A stretch of DNA of 64,000 nt from an uncultured Eubacteriales bacterium (lineage in GTDB: Bacteria; Bacillota; Clostridia; Oscillospirales; Acutalibacteraceae): positions 1,446 to 65,445 of the forward strand of contig CAKSDF010000001.1 of NCBI GenBank assembly GCA_934444695.1, read 5' to 3'. Position 1 is the first letter of the stretch. Each line of letters begins with the position of its first letter. The notes beneath the pieces are model-generated. The model saw only the letters and a list, made by a program, of their open reading frames with translations, was not told the DNA's origin and made no database searches. A program made the translations under genes and the position numbers. This document shows positions 19,566 to 27,929 of the stretch, one piece after another.

Positions 19566-20936
19566 ATGGAAAAATATGATCTTATCGTACTGGGCGGAGG
19601 TCCCGGCGGATACAATGCCGCCGAAAAGGCCGCTGCCGGCGGACTTAAAACCCTCGTTATCGAGAAGCGCGCTTTAGGCGGCGTTTGCCTTAACGAAGGC
19701 TGCATTCCTTCAAAATCCCTGCTTTATTCGGGCAAGGTTTACAATTATGCAATCAACGGCGAGCACTACGGCGTTACCACCACCGGCGCTTCCATCGACC
19801 AGAAAAAGGTTGTTGAGCGCAAGAACAAGGTTGTTAAGACTCTTGTTTCGGGCATCGGCGCACAGATGAAAAAGCTGGGCGTTAAAGTCGTTTATGCCGA
19901 GGGCAAGATTCTCGGCCGCGACGCCGAGGGATTTAAGCTTGAGGCAGATGGCGAGACCTATGTTTCGGACAAGCTGCTTGTGGCTACCGGATCGGCTCCC
20001 GTCGTTCCCCCCATTCCCGGCCTTAGGGAAGGACTTACCGACGGATTTGTTATGACCAACCGTGAGATTCTCGATCTTGAAGAGATCCCCGCAAACCTTG
20101 TGGTCATCGGCGGCGGAGTTATCGGTCTTGAAATGGCCGCATATTTCAGCTCGGTGGGAAGCCACGTTACGGTGGTTGAAATGCTCGACCACATCGCCGG
20201 CAACACCGACCGCGAAATTTCCGAAATACTCAAGAAAAACTATGCCAAGAAGGGCGTTGAGTTCAAGCTTGGCTGCGCAGTTACCGCTGTGGGCGGCGGA
20301 AAGGTCACCTTTACCGAAAACGGCAAAGAGGCATCTGTTCCCGCAGACAAGGTGCTTTGCTCCATCGGCCGCCGCGCAGTGACCTCCGGATACGGTCTTG
20401 AGACACTTAATGTCGAGCTTGACAGAGGCGCCATCAAAACCGACGAGTGCATGAAAACCAACATCGCCGGCCTTTATGCCTGCGGAGACGTTAACGGCAA
20501 GATCATGCTTGCCCACACCGCCTACCGCGAGGGCGAGGTTGCGGTTAACAATATGCTCGGCAAAAAGGACCGTATGCGCTACAATGCCATTCCTTCGGTC
20601 ATTTACACCAATCCCGAGGTCGGCGCAGTAGGCGAGACCGAGGAATCGGCCAAGGCCAAGGGCTATGACGTTGAGTGCGTCAAGCTGCCCATGATGTTCT
20701 CGGGACGCTATGTTGCCGAAAACGAGGGCGGAGACGGTATCGTCAAGGTCATTGTCGATAAAAAATACCGCAGAATTCTTGGCGTTCATATGATCGCCAA
20801 CTATGCCGCCGAAATAATTTACGGCGCCGCTATGATGATAGAGACCGAAATCACCGTGGACAACCTTAAGGAGATCGTATTCCCCCATCCCACCGTCTGC
20901 GAGGTCATCAGAGAAGCGCTGTTTGAAATTAAATAA
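19566..20936 (+). CDS. lpdA: Dihydrolipoyl dehydrogenase (E3)
   Basis: GGGPGGY FAD motif, redox-active GGVCLNEGCIPSK, and an HPT motif near the C-terminus. Confidence 0.9.
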   Translation: MEKYDLIVLGGGPGGYNAAEKAAAGGLKTLVIEKRALGGVCLNEGCIPSKSLLYSGKVYNYAINGEHYGVTTTGASIDQKKVVERKNKVVKTLVSGIGAQMKKLGVKVVYAEGKILGRDAEGFKLEADGETYVSDKLLVATGSAPVVPPIPGLREGLTDGFVMTNREILDLEEIPANLVVIGGGVIGLEMAAYFSSVGSHVTVVEMLDHIAGNTDREISEILKKNYAKKGVEFKLGCAVTAVGGGKVTFTENGKEASVPADKVLCSIGRRAVTSGYGLETLNVELDRGAIKTDECMKTNIAGLYACGDVNGKIMLAHTAYREGEVAVNNMLGKKDRMRYNAIPSVIYTNPEVGAVGETEESAKAKGYDVECVKLPMMFSGRYVAENEGGDGIVKVIVDKKYRRILGVHMIANYAAEIIYGAAMMIETEITVDNLKEIVFPHPTVCEVIREALFEIK

Positions 20937-20956
20937 TAATAAGGAGTTGTTTTAAT

Positions 20957-23425
20957 ATGCCTAAGTCAATGTATGTTAAACCCGAAGACAAATTCGCAAA
21001 ACGTACCATTACCTTCAAAGACATCCCTGTTTGCGAATATGACAAGACCGTTAAGGACGAGAAAAAGAACTTCTCTAAGGAAGATTTCCTCGGAATGTAT
21101 GCCGATATGGTCGCCATCCGTGAGTTTGAGTCGATGCTCCAGAGCATCAAGCTCCAGGGCGAATACAACGGCAAAAAGTTCACCTATCCCGGCCCCTCCC
21201 ACCTTGCAATCGGTGAGGAAGCAACCGCAGTAGGTCAGGCTTATACCCTTGGTGTTGACGATTTCATTTTTGGTACCCACAGAAGCCATCATGAGGTTAT
21301 CGCAAAGGGTCTTTCGGCCATTAAAAAGCTTTCGGATGAAGAGCTCATCAAGATTATGAAGGAGTTCAACGACGGCAAAAACTACGAGATCGTTAAAAAG
21401 CACAACGACACCGACGACGTTAAAGAGCTTGCCCGCGATTTCTTTATGTATGGTCTTACCTGCGAGCTGTTCGCAAAGGATAACGGATTTTCCAGAGGCC
21501 TGGGCGGATCCATGCACGCATTCTTCCTGCCCTTCGGCATTTATCCCAACAACGCCATCGTCGGCGGCAGCGGTCCTATCGCTACCGGTGTTGCTCTTTA
21601 TAAGAAGTGCAACAAAAAGCCCGGCATCGTTGTTGCCAACGCAGGCGACGGCGCAGCCGCAAGAGGTCCTGTTTATGAGGCAATGAACTTTGCTTCCATG
21701 GATCAGTACAACGATCTTTGGGAGGACGGCTATAAGGGCGGCCTTCCCATCATCTATAACTTCAACAACAACCACTATGGCATGGGCGGCCAGACCAAGG
21801 GCGAGACCATGGCATACGGCGACCTTGCAAGACTCGGCTGCATCGCTCAGAATCAGATGAACGCCGAGCGCATCAACGGCTGGAATCCCCTGGCTATGAT
21901 CGACGCTTACCGCCGCGCCCGCAAGACCCTTGAAGAGGGTAAGGGCCCCGTTCTTCTTGATGTTGTTACCTATCGTCTGTCCGGTCACTCGACCTCCGAC
22001 GCTATGTCCTACCGCACCAAGGAAGAGGTTGAAGAGTGGGCAAAGCTCGATCCGCTGACCGTATTCCCCAAGCAGATCATCGACGCAAAGGTTGCCACCA
22101 AGAAGGAAGTAGAAGCCGTTCACGATGCAGTTGTTGACCGCAACCACAGAATGTTTGAGCTTGCTTCCGACCTCGAGATCTCTCCCTACACCGATTATGA
22201 CAAGCATCCCGATCACATCGAGAGCAGAATGTTTTCTAACGGCGTTAAAGAGAAGATGGACGACCGCGAGTGCGAAGTTCGTCAGAAGAAGGAAGACAAC
22301 GAGCGCGTTAAGAAGATCGCCCGTGCCGAGCGCTATGCCTTCGACAAGAACGGCAAGCCCTTCTCCAAGGCCAAGGTTTACAACATCCGCGACGGTCTTT
22401 TCGAGGCCATTATGGATAAATATTATACCGATCCTACCCTTATCTCCTACGGTGAGGATGTCCGTGACTGGAACGGCGCTTTCGCTGTTTACCGCGGACT
22501 GACCGAGGCTCTGCCTTATCATCGTCTCTTCAACTCCCCCATTGCCGAGTCTGCAATTGTCGGCTCCGCAGTAGGTTATGCAATGGCCGGCGGCCGCGTT
22601 ATCGCCGAGCTTATGTATTGCGACTTTATCGTCTGCTCGGGCGACGAGGTATTCAACCAGATGGCCAAATGGCAGGCAATGTCGGCCGGCGGTCTCCAGA
22701 TGCCGGTTGTTCTCCGCGTTCCCGTGGGCTTCAAATACGGCGCACAGCACTCCCAGGATTGGACCTCCCTCTGCGCTCATGTTCCCGGACTTAAGGTTGT
22801 TTACCCCGTAACTCCTTACGACGCCAAGGGTCTTATGAACACCGCCCTCAACGGCACCGACCCGGTTTGCTTCTTCGAGAGCCAGCAGCTCTACGATAAG
22901 GGCGAGGAATTTGTTAAGGAAGGCGTTCCGGAAGGATACTATGAGATCCCCTTCGGCGAGCCCGCCATCCGTACCGAGGGTAAGGACGTTACCATTCTGA
23001 CCATCGGCGCAACCCTTTACACCGCTATGGAAGCCGAGAAGATCCTCCGCGAGCAGTATGGCATTACCGCCGAGGTCATCGACGCCCGTTCGGTCGTTCC
23101 CTTCAACTATGAGAAGGTTATCGAGTCGGTTAAAAAGACCGGCCGCATAGTTCTTGCATCCGACGCAGTAGGCCGCGGAAGCATCCTCAACGATATGGCT
23201 ACCAACATCACCAACCTTGCCTTTGATTATCTTGATGCACCTCCCGTTATTGTCGGTTCCGAAAACTGGATCACTCCCGCTTCGGAATACAAGGAGCAGT
23301 TCTATCCCCAGCCCAGCTGGATCATCGACGCTATTCACGAGCGCCTGATGCCCATCGCCGGCTACACTGCAAAGCACAGCTACACCGATGCTGAGCTTCT
23401 CCGCAGAGCCGAAAAGGGTGTATAA
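20957..23425 (+). CDS. Fused E1 alpha-beta thiamine-diphosphate-dependent 2-oxoacid dehydrogenase component
   Basis: 822 aa. The N-terminal half resembles E1-alpha (TPP-binding GDGAA...N region). The C-terminal half resembles E1-beta (transketolase pyrimidine-binding and C-terminal domains). Confidence 0.8.
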   Translation: MPKSMYVKPEDKFAKRTITFKDIPVCEYDKTVKDEKKNFSKEDFLGMYADMVAIREFESMLQSIKLQGEYNGKKFTYPGPSHLAIGEEATAVGQAYTLGVDDFIFGTHRSHHEVIAKGLSAIKKLSDEELIKIMKEFNDGKNYEIVKKHNDTDDVKELARDFFMYGLTCELFAKDNGFSRGLGGSMHAFFLPFGIYPNNAIVGGSGPIATGVALYKKCNKKPGIVVANAGDGAAARGPVYEAMNFASMDQYNDLWEDGYKGGLPIIYNFNNNHYGMGGQTKGETMAYGDLARLGCIAQNQMNAERINGWNPLAMIDAYRRARKTLEEGKGPVLLDVVTYRLSGHSTSDAMSYRTKEEVEEWAKLDPLTVFPKQIIDAKVATKKEVEAVHDAVVDRNHRMFELASDLEISPYTDYDKHPDHIESRMFSNGVKEKMDDRECEVRQKKEDNERVKKIARAERYAFDKNGKPFSKAKVYNIRDGLFEAIMDKYYTDPTLISYGEDVRDWNGAFAVYRGLTEALPYHRLFNSPIAESAIVGSAVGYAMAGGRVIAELMYCDFIVCSGDEVFNQMAKWQAMSAGGLQMPVVLRVPVGFKYGAQHSQDWTSLCAHVPGLKVVYPVTPYDAKGLMNTALNGTDPVCFFESQQLYDKGEEFVKEGVPEGYYEIPFGEPAIRTEGKDVTILTIGATLYTAMEAEKILREQYGITAEVIDARSVVPFNYEKVIESVKKTGRIVLASDAVGRGSILNDMATNITNLAFDYLDAPPVIVGSENWITPASEYKEQFYPQPSWIIDAIHERLMPIAGYTAKHSYTDAELLRRAEKGV

Positions 23426-23501
23426 TTAAAATAGGTTTTAACCCTAAGAAGGGGCATGTCGCTGCGATGCGCCCCTCGCTTAGGCTTTGACAGCCTGATC
23501 G

Positions 23502-23540
23502 GGGGTTGCTGAAAACTTCTTCGGCAACCCCTTTTGTGAA
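23502..23540 (+). terminator. Rho-independent terminator after the E1 gene
   Basis: GGGGTTGC tgaaaacttcttcg GCAACCCC followed by TTTTGTGAATTTTT. A second GC hairpin (AGGGGC...GCCCCT) sits at about 23447-23480. Confidence 0.6.
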
Positions 23541-23588
23541 TTTTTCCGCGCGGGGAGAGTTTTTCTTTGCAAAAGGGCGATCGGACGA

Positions 23589-23695
23589 TTTTTCGATGGG
23601 ATGGTTTTTCAGTCGATTGTGTTTTCAATCGGATAACTTTTCGACAGGATGGTTTTTTGATCGATTGATCTTCCGATGGGATGACCTTTTTCCCG
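23589..23695 (+). repeat. Direct repeats TTTTCGA(T/C)(G/A)GGATGGTTTTT..TCGATTG (two ~31-bp copies 48 bp apart plus a partial third)
   Basis: 23589-23619 tttttcgatgggatggtttttcagtcgattg; 23637-23668 cttttcgacaggatggttttttgatcgattg; 23670-23695 cttccgatgggatgacctttttcccg. Confidence 0.7.
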
Positions 23696-23745
23696 TTTTA
23701 TTTGCAAAAAAATCTTTGCGCGGACATCTTGAAAGGACGACAAAT

Positions 23746-24915
23746 ATGAAAGCAGTAATGTACGGTGCAGGCAACATCGGCCGCGGTTTTATCGGCCAGC
23801 TCTTTTATCAGTCGGGATACGAGACCTCCTTTATCGACGTTGCTCCCGCCGTTATCGAACAGCTTAACACTCAGCACGAATATCCCGTGCGTATTCTTTA
23901 CAAAGAGGGATACGATGAGTCGATGGTCAAAAACGTTTCCTGCGTTGACGGCAAGGATCCCGAGGCCATCGCAGACGCCATTGCAGAAGCTGACGTTATG
24001 GCCACGGCTGTTGGCGTTAACATTCTCAAATTTATCTTCGGAAATATCGCCGGGGGACTTAGAAAACGTTGGCAGGATCCTGATAAGGCTCCTTTAAACA
24101 TCATCATCTGCGAAAACCTCATCGGCGCAGACAAGTATCTTAAAGAAGAAATCGGCAAGCTTCTTAACGACGACGAAAAGAAGCTGCTTGACGAAAAGGT
24201 TGGTTTTGTTGAGGCTTCCATCGGCCGTATGGTGCCCGTTCAGACCGACGAAATGAAGGGCGACAATCCCCTTAGAGTGTGCGTCGAAAGCTACGGCATT
24301 CTGCCGGTTGACAAGGCGGCATTTAAGGGCGAGATTCCCCCCATCAAGAATATGGTGCCCTTTACTCCCTTTGAGTTTTATATCGAGCGCAAGCTCTTTA
24401 TACACAATATGGGTCACGCATTTACCGCATATCTCGGCAGCATTATGGGCGTGGATTACATCTGGCAGGCAATCGAGAATCCTTATGTCGAGCTGCTTGT
24501 TATGAGAGCCATGCAGCAGTCGGCAATCGCTCTTGCCGCCCGCCACAATGTGCCCTATATCGAGCTTAACGATCACGTTGAGGATCTTCTTTCTCGTTTC
24601 GGCAACCGCCAGCTGGGTGATACCGTTAAGCGGGTGGGCAACGACCTCAACCGCAAGCTCAATCCCAACGACCGCATTATCGGCTCCCTCAATATGTGCG
24701 TTGAGCAGGGCGTTGTTCCTAAATACATCTGCCTTGCAGCCGCTGCGGCTATGAATTTCAAGTATGACGAGGTTTCTAAAAAGCCCGCCGAGGAAATTCT
24801 TGCCGACATCTGCAAGATCGATAAGGATTCCGACGCAGGAAAGCTCATTCTCGAATATGACGCCGCAATAAAGAGCGGAAAGACGGTTGAAGAGCTTTTC
24901 AAAATGATGAAATAA
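23746..24915 (+). CDS. Mannitol-1-phosphate 5-dehydrogenase-like (mannitol dehydrogenase family) protein
   Basis: ORF 23506..24915. ATG at 23746 follows GAAAGGA. N-terminal Rossmann motif MKAVMYGAGNIGRGFIG; about 389 aa. Confidence 0.7.
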   Translation: MKAVMYGAGNIGRGFIGQLFYQSGYETSFIDVAPAVIEQLNTQHEYPVRILYKEGYDESMVKNVSCVDGKDPEAIADAIAEADVMATAVGVNILKFIFGNIAGGLRKRWQDPDKAPLNIIICENLIGADKYLKEEIGKLLNDDEKKLLDEKVGFVEASIGRMVPVQTDEMKGDNPLRVCVESYGILPVDKAAFKGEIPPIKNMVPFTPFEFYIERKLFIHNMGHAFTAYLGSIMGVDYIWQAIENPYVELLVMRAMQQSAIALAARHNVPYIELNDHVEDLLSRFGNRQLGDTVKRVGNDLNRKLNPNDRIIGSLNMCVEQGVVPKYICLAAAAAMNFKYDEVSKKPAEEILADICKIDKDSDAGKLILEYDAAIKSGKTVEELFKMMK

Positions 24916-24981
24916 AGCCGGTTAGGCATTTTAAAACAACAGATGATTGAATAATGTACAGTTGCTCGTCTGTTGGTTAGG

Positions 24982-25012
24982 CACGCTTCGGGAAACCGGG
25001 GCGTGTTTTTTT
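24982..25012 (+). terminator. Rho-independent terminator after the mtlD-like gene
   Basis: CACGCTTCGG GAAA CCGGGGCGTG (10-bp stem including two G-U pairs, GAAA loop) followed by TTTTTTT. Confidence 0.8.
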
Positions 25013-25035
25013 GCGGAGATTTGCTTGCTTTATTA

Positions 25036-25477
25036 GTGCACCGCAACGACCGATATGGCATGGCCCAATGCCGCAGGGGCACCGAGGTGTCAGCGCAGGC
25101 TGACCGGAGGGCGGGCTATCGGAAAATGCAAGGTTTTCATCAGAGAAAGCAGCAAGGTTTTTGTTGGCACGGCTGCGGTGTGATGCGCCCTCCGTATTCT
25201 CGGCAGAGCCGAGAATGCCTCAGTGCCCTTGCGACCGGCGTTGTGTGAACCGTTAGCTTTATGCACGGCTGCGGGTTTGCTTTTGCTTTGCGCAAAGACA
25301 GAAGGATTATGATGTGGGAAGGCTTGCGGAAAACGTGTTCGCTGACAGTAGATTTTCGTTGTAAGAAGCTTTGACTACCCCTCAGTCTCGGTAAAGACGA
25401 TCCAGCTCCTTATGCTTTGGGGCGCCACGGCTTAGCTTAGTTTAAACTTTCAGTCTTGTGCATTGACGAAGGTGCTG
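25036..25477 (+). repeat. Extended (~435 bp) repeat unit containing four-helix repeat copy E (core 25070-25235)
   Basis: Aligns with 16652-17085 in the same orientation. Core: CCGAGGT / GTCAGCGCAGGCTGAC / CGGAGGGCG ... CGCCCTCCG / TATTCTCGGCAGAGCCGAGAATG / CCTCAG. Confidence 0.8.
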
Positions 25478-25590
25478 CGGGAAAATTTTCTTTTTCATTT
25501 ATCTCGGCGGTAAATGATGTTTTTTGCAGCAAATATTTTTCAAACAGCATAAGTAAAAGCCCTCTCCTCGGTTGGGCGATCGGGGAAAGA

Positions 25591-25716
25591 GCTTTTTTGC
25601 TTTTTATGATATTTTATTTGCTTTTATGATTGCCTTATGATTGCTTTTATCATTGCTATGATTGCATTATGATTACGATTACCTTATGAATTACTCTATT
25701 ATTACTTTAAGATTAT
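25591..25716 (+). repeat. Degenerate ~10-12 bp stutter repeat (TTATGATTGC-like, about 10 units)
   Basis: tttttatgata ttttatttgc ttttatgattgc cttatgattgc ttttatcattgc tatgattgc attatgattac gattac cttatgaattac. Lies downstream of the MATE stop. Confidence 0.65.
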
Positions 25717-25756
25717 CCAGAATCTTTTGCGGCCGGTTGCCGACAGTTTGTTTTCG

Positions 25757-27433
25757 CTATTTCGACGGGGTTTCCAGCAGCTTTCGGTGGGCGGTGGATT
25801 TATCCCTCCCCTTTTTGAAAATCACAAGGAAGGCGATAAACTCGGCGATAAATGTCAGTACCCAGGAAATAGGATAGGATATAAACAGGCAGGAGGCCGT
25901 ATGGAAGGCGGGGGTTTGGAAAATGGTATATATCCACACGATTCTCATTCCGCAAACACCTGCCACCGTAATGACCATGGGCACTACCGACGATCCCATT
26001 CCTCTCAAAATGCCGGTCATAACGTCCATAAGGCCGCAGAGGAAATAGGGCAGGCAGACAAAGGACAGCCTGAGTATTCCTTCGGCAATGGCATCAGGAG
26101 AGTCGGTTATATAAATTTTGAGAAGGGTGGGCGAGGCAAGATACATCGACACGCCGCAGATTATTCCGGTAACGGCCACCGAGCAAAGGGCGATGCCCAT
26201 TATCTTTTTTATGCGGTCGAATTTCTTTGCACCGTAGTTTCTTCCGACAAAATTGAGGGCGGTCTGATGGAAGCTGTTCATTGTCAGGTATACAAAGCCT
26301 TCCAGGTTTCCGGCGGCGGCATTGCCCGAAACGGCTACCGATCCGAAGGAGTTTATGGACGACTGGATTATGACGTTTGAAATGGAAAACAGCGAGCCTT
26401 GTATTCCCGCAGGAAGGCCTATCTTAACGATTTTAAGCAGCGGCTTTTTATAGAACCGCAGCTTTGAAAGATACAGGCGGCAGTCGTCTCTTCTTTTCAT
26501 CAGGGCTATAACCACCAGTATGGCCGAGAGGGTCTGGGAAACCGAGGTTGCGATGGCCACGCCGGCCACGTTAAGGTCAAAGAATTTAACGAATATGTAG
26601 TTTAAAATTATGTTGAGCACGCCGGCGACCGAAAGGTAGATAAGAGGGCTTTTTGTATCGCCTGCAGCCCTTAAAATGGCCGCGCCGAAGTTATAAACAA
26701 GGCCGCCGATCATTCCGCAGAAGTATATTTCCATATAGACCGACGAAAGGTCTATAACATCGGCGGGAGTACCCATCATTTCGAGAAAATTGCGGGAAAA
26801 GAGCAGTCCAACAACCGTCAGCACGGCGCCGCCCAAAATGGCCGTAGGAATGGCGGTATGCACCGTTTCAAAGACGGTTTTGCTTTTCTTTGCGCCGAGG
26901 GCATGGGCAACGGCCACGCCTGCTCCTACCGACAGTCCGATAAATAAGTTGACCAGCAAGTTTATGAGCGCTCCGGTGGCTCCCACCGCCGCAACCGACA
27001 GGCTTCCGCAAAAATTGCCCACCATTATAAGGTCGGCGGCGTTGAAAAGCAGCTGCAGTATACCGGTCAGCACAATGGGAATGGTGTATATTATCATTTT
27101 TTTGAAAAGGCCGCCTTCGAGCATTGGGTCGCCGGAAGCAACCTCCTTTGTTTTTGAGCCTGCCTTTACAGCACCCTGGACCGCTTGCCCTTCTTTTTCT
27201 GCCTGACTTTCGCCCGTTTCCACCGCTGCGATTTCGATTGCGCTTTCGGCTATACCTTCTTCCGTACCCTCTTCTGCGGTTGCCGCTGCCGTTTCGGCAA
27301 TACTGTCGGCTGAGTTTTCGGCGTCGGTTATGATGGCTGTTTGCTCTGCTTTTTCGTCCGCTTTTTCACGGTTTTTTTCGGTGGTTGCCTCATTTATTTT
27401 TTCTTCTTTTTTTTTCATTTTTTTATTTTCCAA
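25757..27433 (-). CDS. MATE-family efflux transporter with a ~100-aa acidic low-complexity N-terminal extension
   Basis: 12-TM MATE pattern from LFKKMIIYTIPIVLTGILQLLFNAADL onward. The extension is Glu/Ala/Thr-rich. An alternative start is the ATG at 27124 (MLEGGLFKK). Confidence 0.8.
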   Translation of the reverse strand: MENKKMKKKEEKINEATTEKNREKADEKAEQTAIITDAENSADSIAETAAATAEEGTEEGIAESAIEIAAVETGESQAEKEGQAVQGAVKAGSKTKEVASGDPMLEGGLFKKMIIYTIPIVLTGILQLLFNAADLIMVGNFCGSLSVAAVGATGALINLLVNLFIGLSVGAGVAVAHALGAKKSKTVFETVHTAIPTAILGGAVLTVVGLLFSRNFLEMMGTPADVIDLSSVYMEIYFCGMIGGLVYNFGAAILRAAGDTKSPLIYLSVAGVLNIILNYIFVKFFDLNVAGVAIATSVSQTLSAILVVIALMKRRDDCRLYLSKLRFYKKPLLKIVKIGLPAGIQGSLFSISNVIIQSSINSFGSVAVSGNAAAGNLEGFVYLTMNSFHQTALNFVGRNYGAKKFDRIKKIMGIALCSVAVTGIICGVSMYLASPTLLKIYITDSPDAIAEGILRLSFVCLPYFLCGLMDVMTGILRGMGSSVVPMVITVAGVCGMRIVWIYTIFQTPAFHTASCLFISYPISWVLTFIAEFIAFLVIFKKGRDKSTAHRKLLETPSK

Positions 27434-27929
27434 ATTTCTTACCGTTCTTTCTTAAACATGTCCGATATTTTACTGTGTGTCGTTTGTTTTTTCTGACATT
27501 GGGTCGTAATTTTTTTTCGTCGTCTGTTTTGACCGTTTTTCTTTTTTTCTTATAAAATATTTTTTTCTCGTTCATTTATGTATTTGCAAGATAGATTTTA
27601 TCACACCCATTTTTCCTTTTCAAGACAAATGAAAATTTTTATCTTTTTGCCCCGTTTTATTAGTATTTTTATAATGTTTTTTAGGGGCTTTTTACTTGAT
27701 TTTTAAGGGGTTTTATGGTATTATATACAGGTAAAATTATATTTTGGGTTTTTAGCGTTTTCAATCTTTTTTGAGCGAATTTTCCCTTTTAATTTTTATT
27801 GTATTTTTTCCCTTTAAAACCAAAATTTTCGGGAAAAATTATCTTTATATTTTACAATGCCGTCGACCGAAAATTTTCCTTTAACGGTGTTTTCACAAGA
27901 CTATGACGGTTGAAAGAAGAGGAAGGTTT
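27434..27929. other. oriC: AT-rich non-coding region upstream of dnaA; candidate oriC part / dnaA promoter
   Basis: The position is canonical for Firmicutes and the region is very T/A-rich. Only weak DnaA-box-like 9-mers are present (TTTATCACA 27597-27605, GTTTTCACA 27889-27897); there is no perfect TTATCCACA. Confidence 0.35.

Noticed and set aside
20966-23377. 803-aa ORF antisense to the fused E1 gene. Similar long antisense ORFs occur at 18244..19464, 19710..20888, 34075..35238, 37445..38599, 40854..41966, 42207..43034 and 11218..12051.
   Set aside because: Each lies exactly opposite a CDS with strong, recognisable homology. Their translations are low-complexity (Gly/Val/Ala/Asn-rich) with no recognisable motifs. 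Long stop-free antisense frames are an expected by-product of the sense-strand codon bias.
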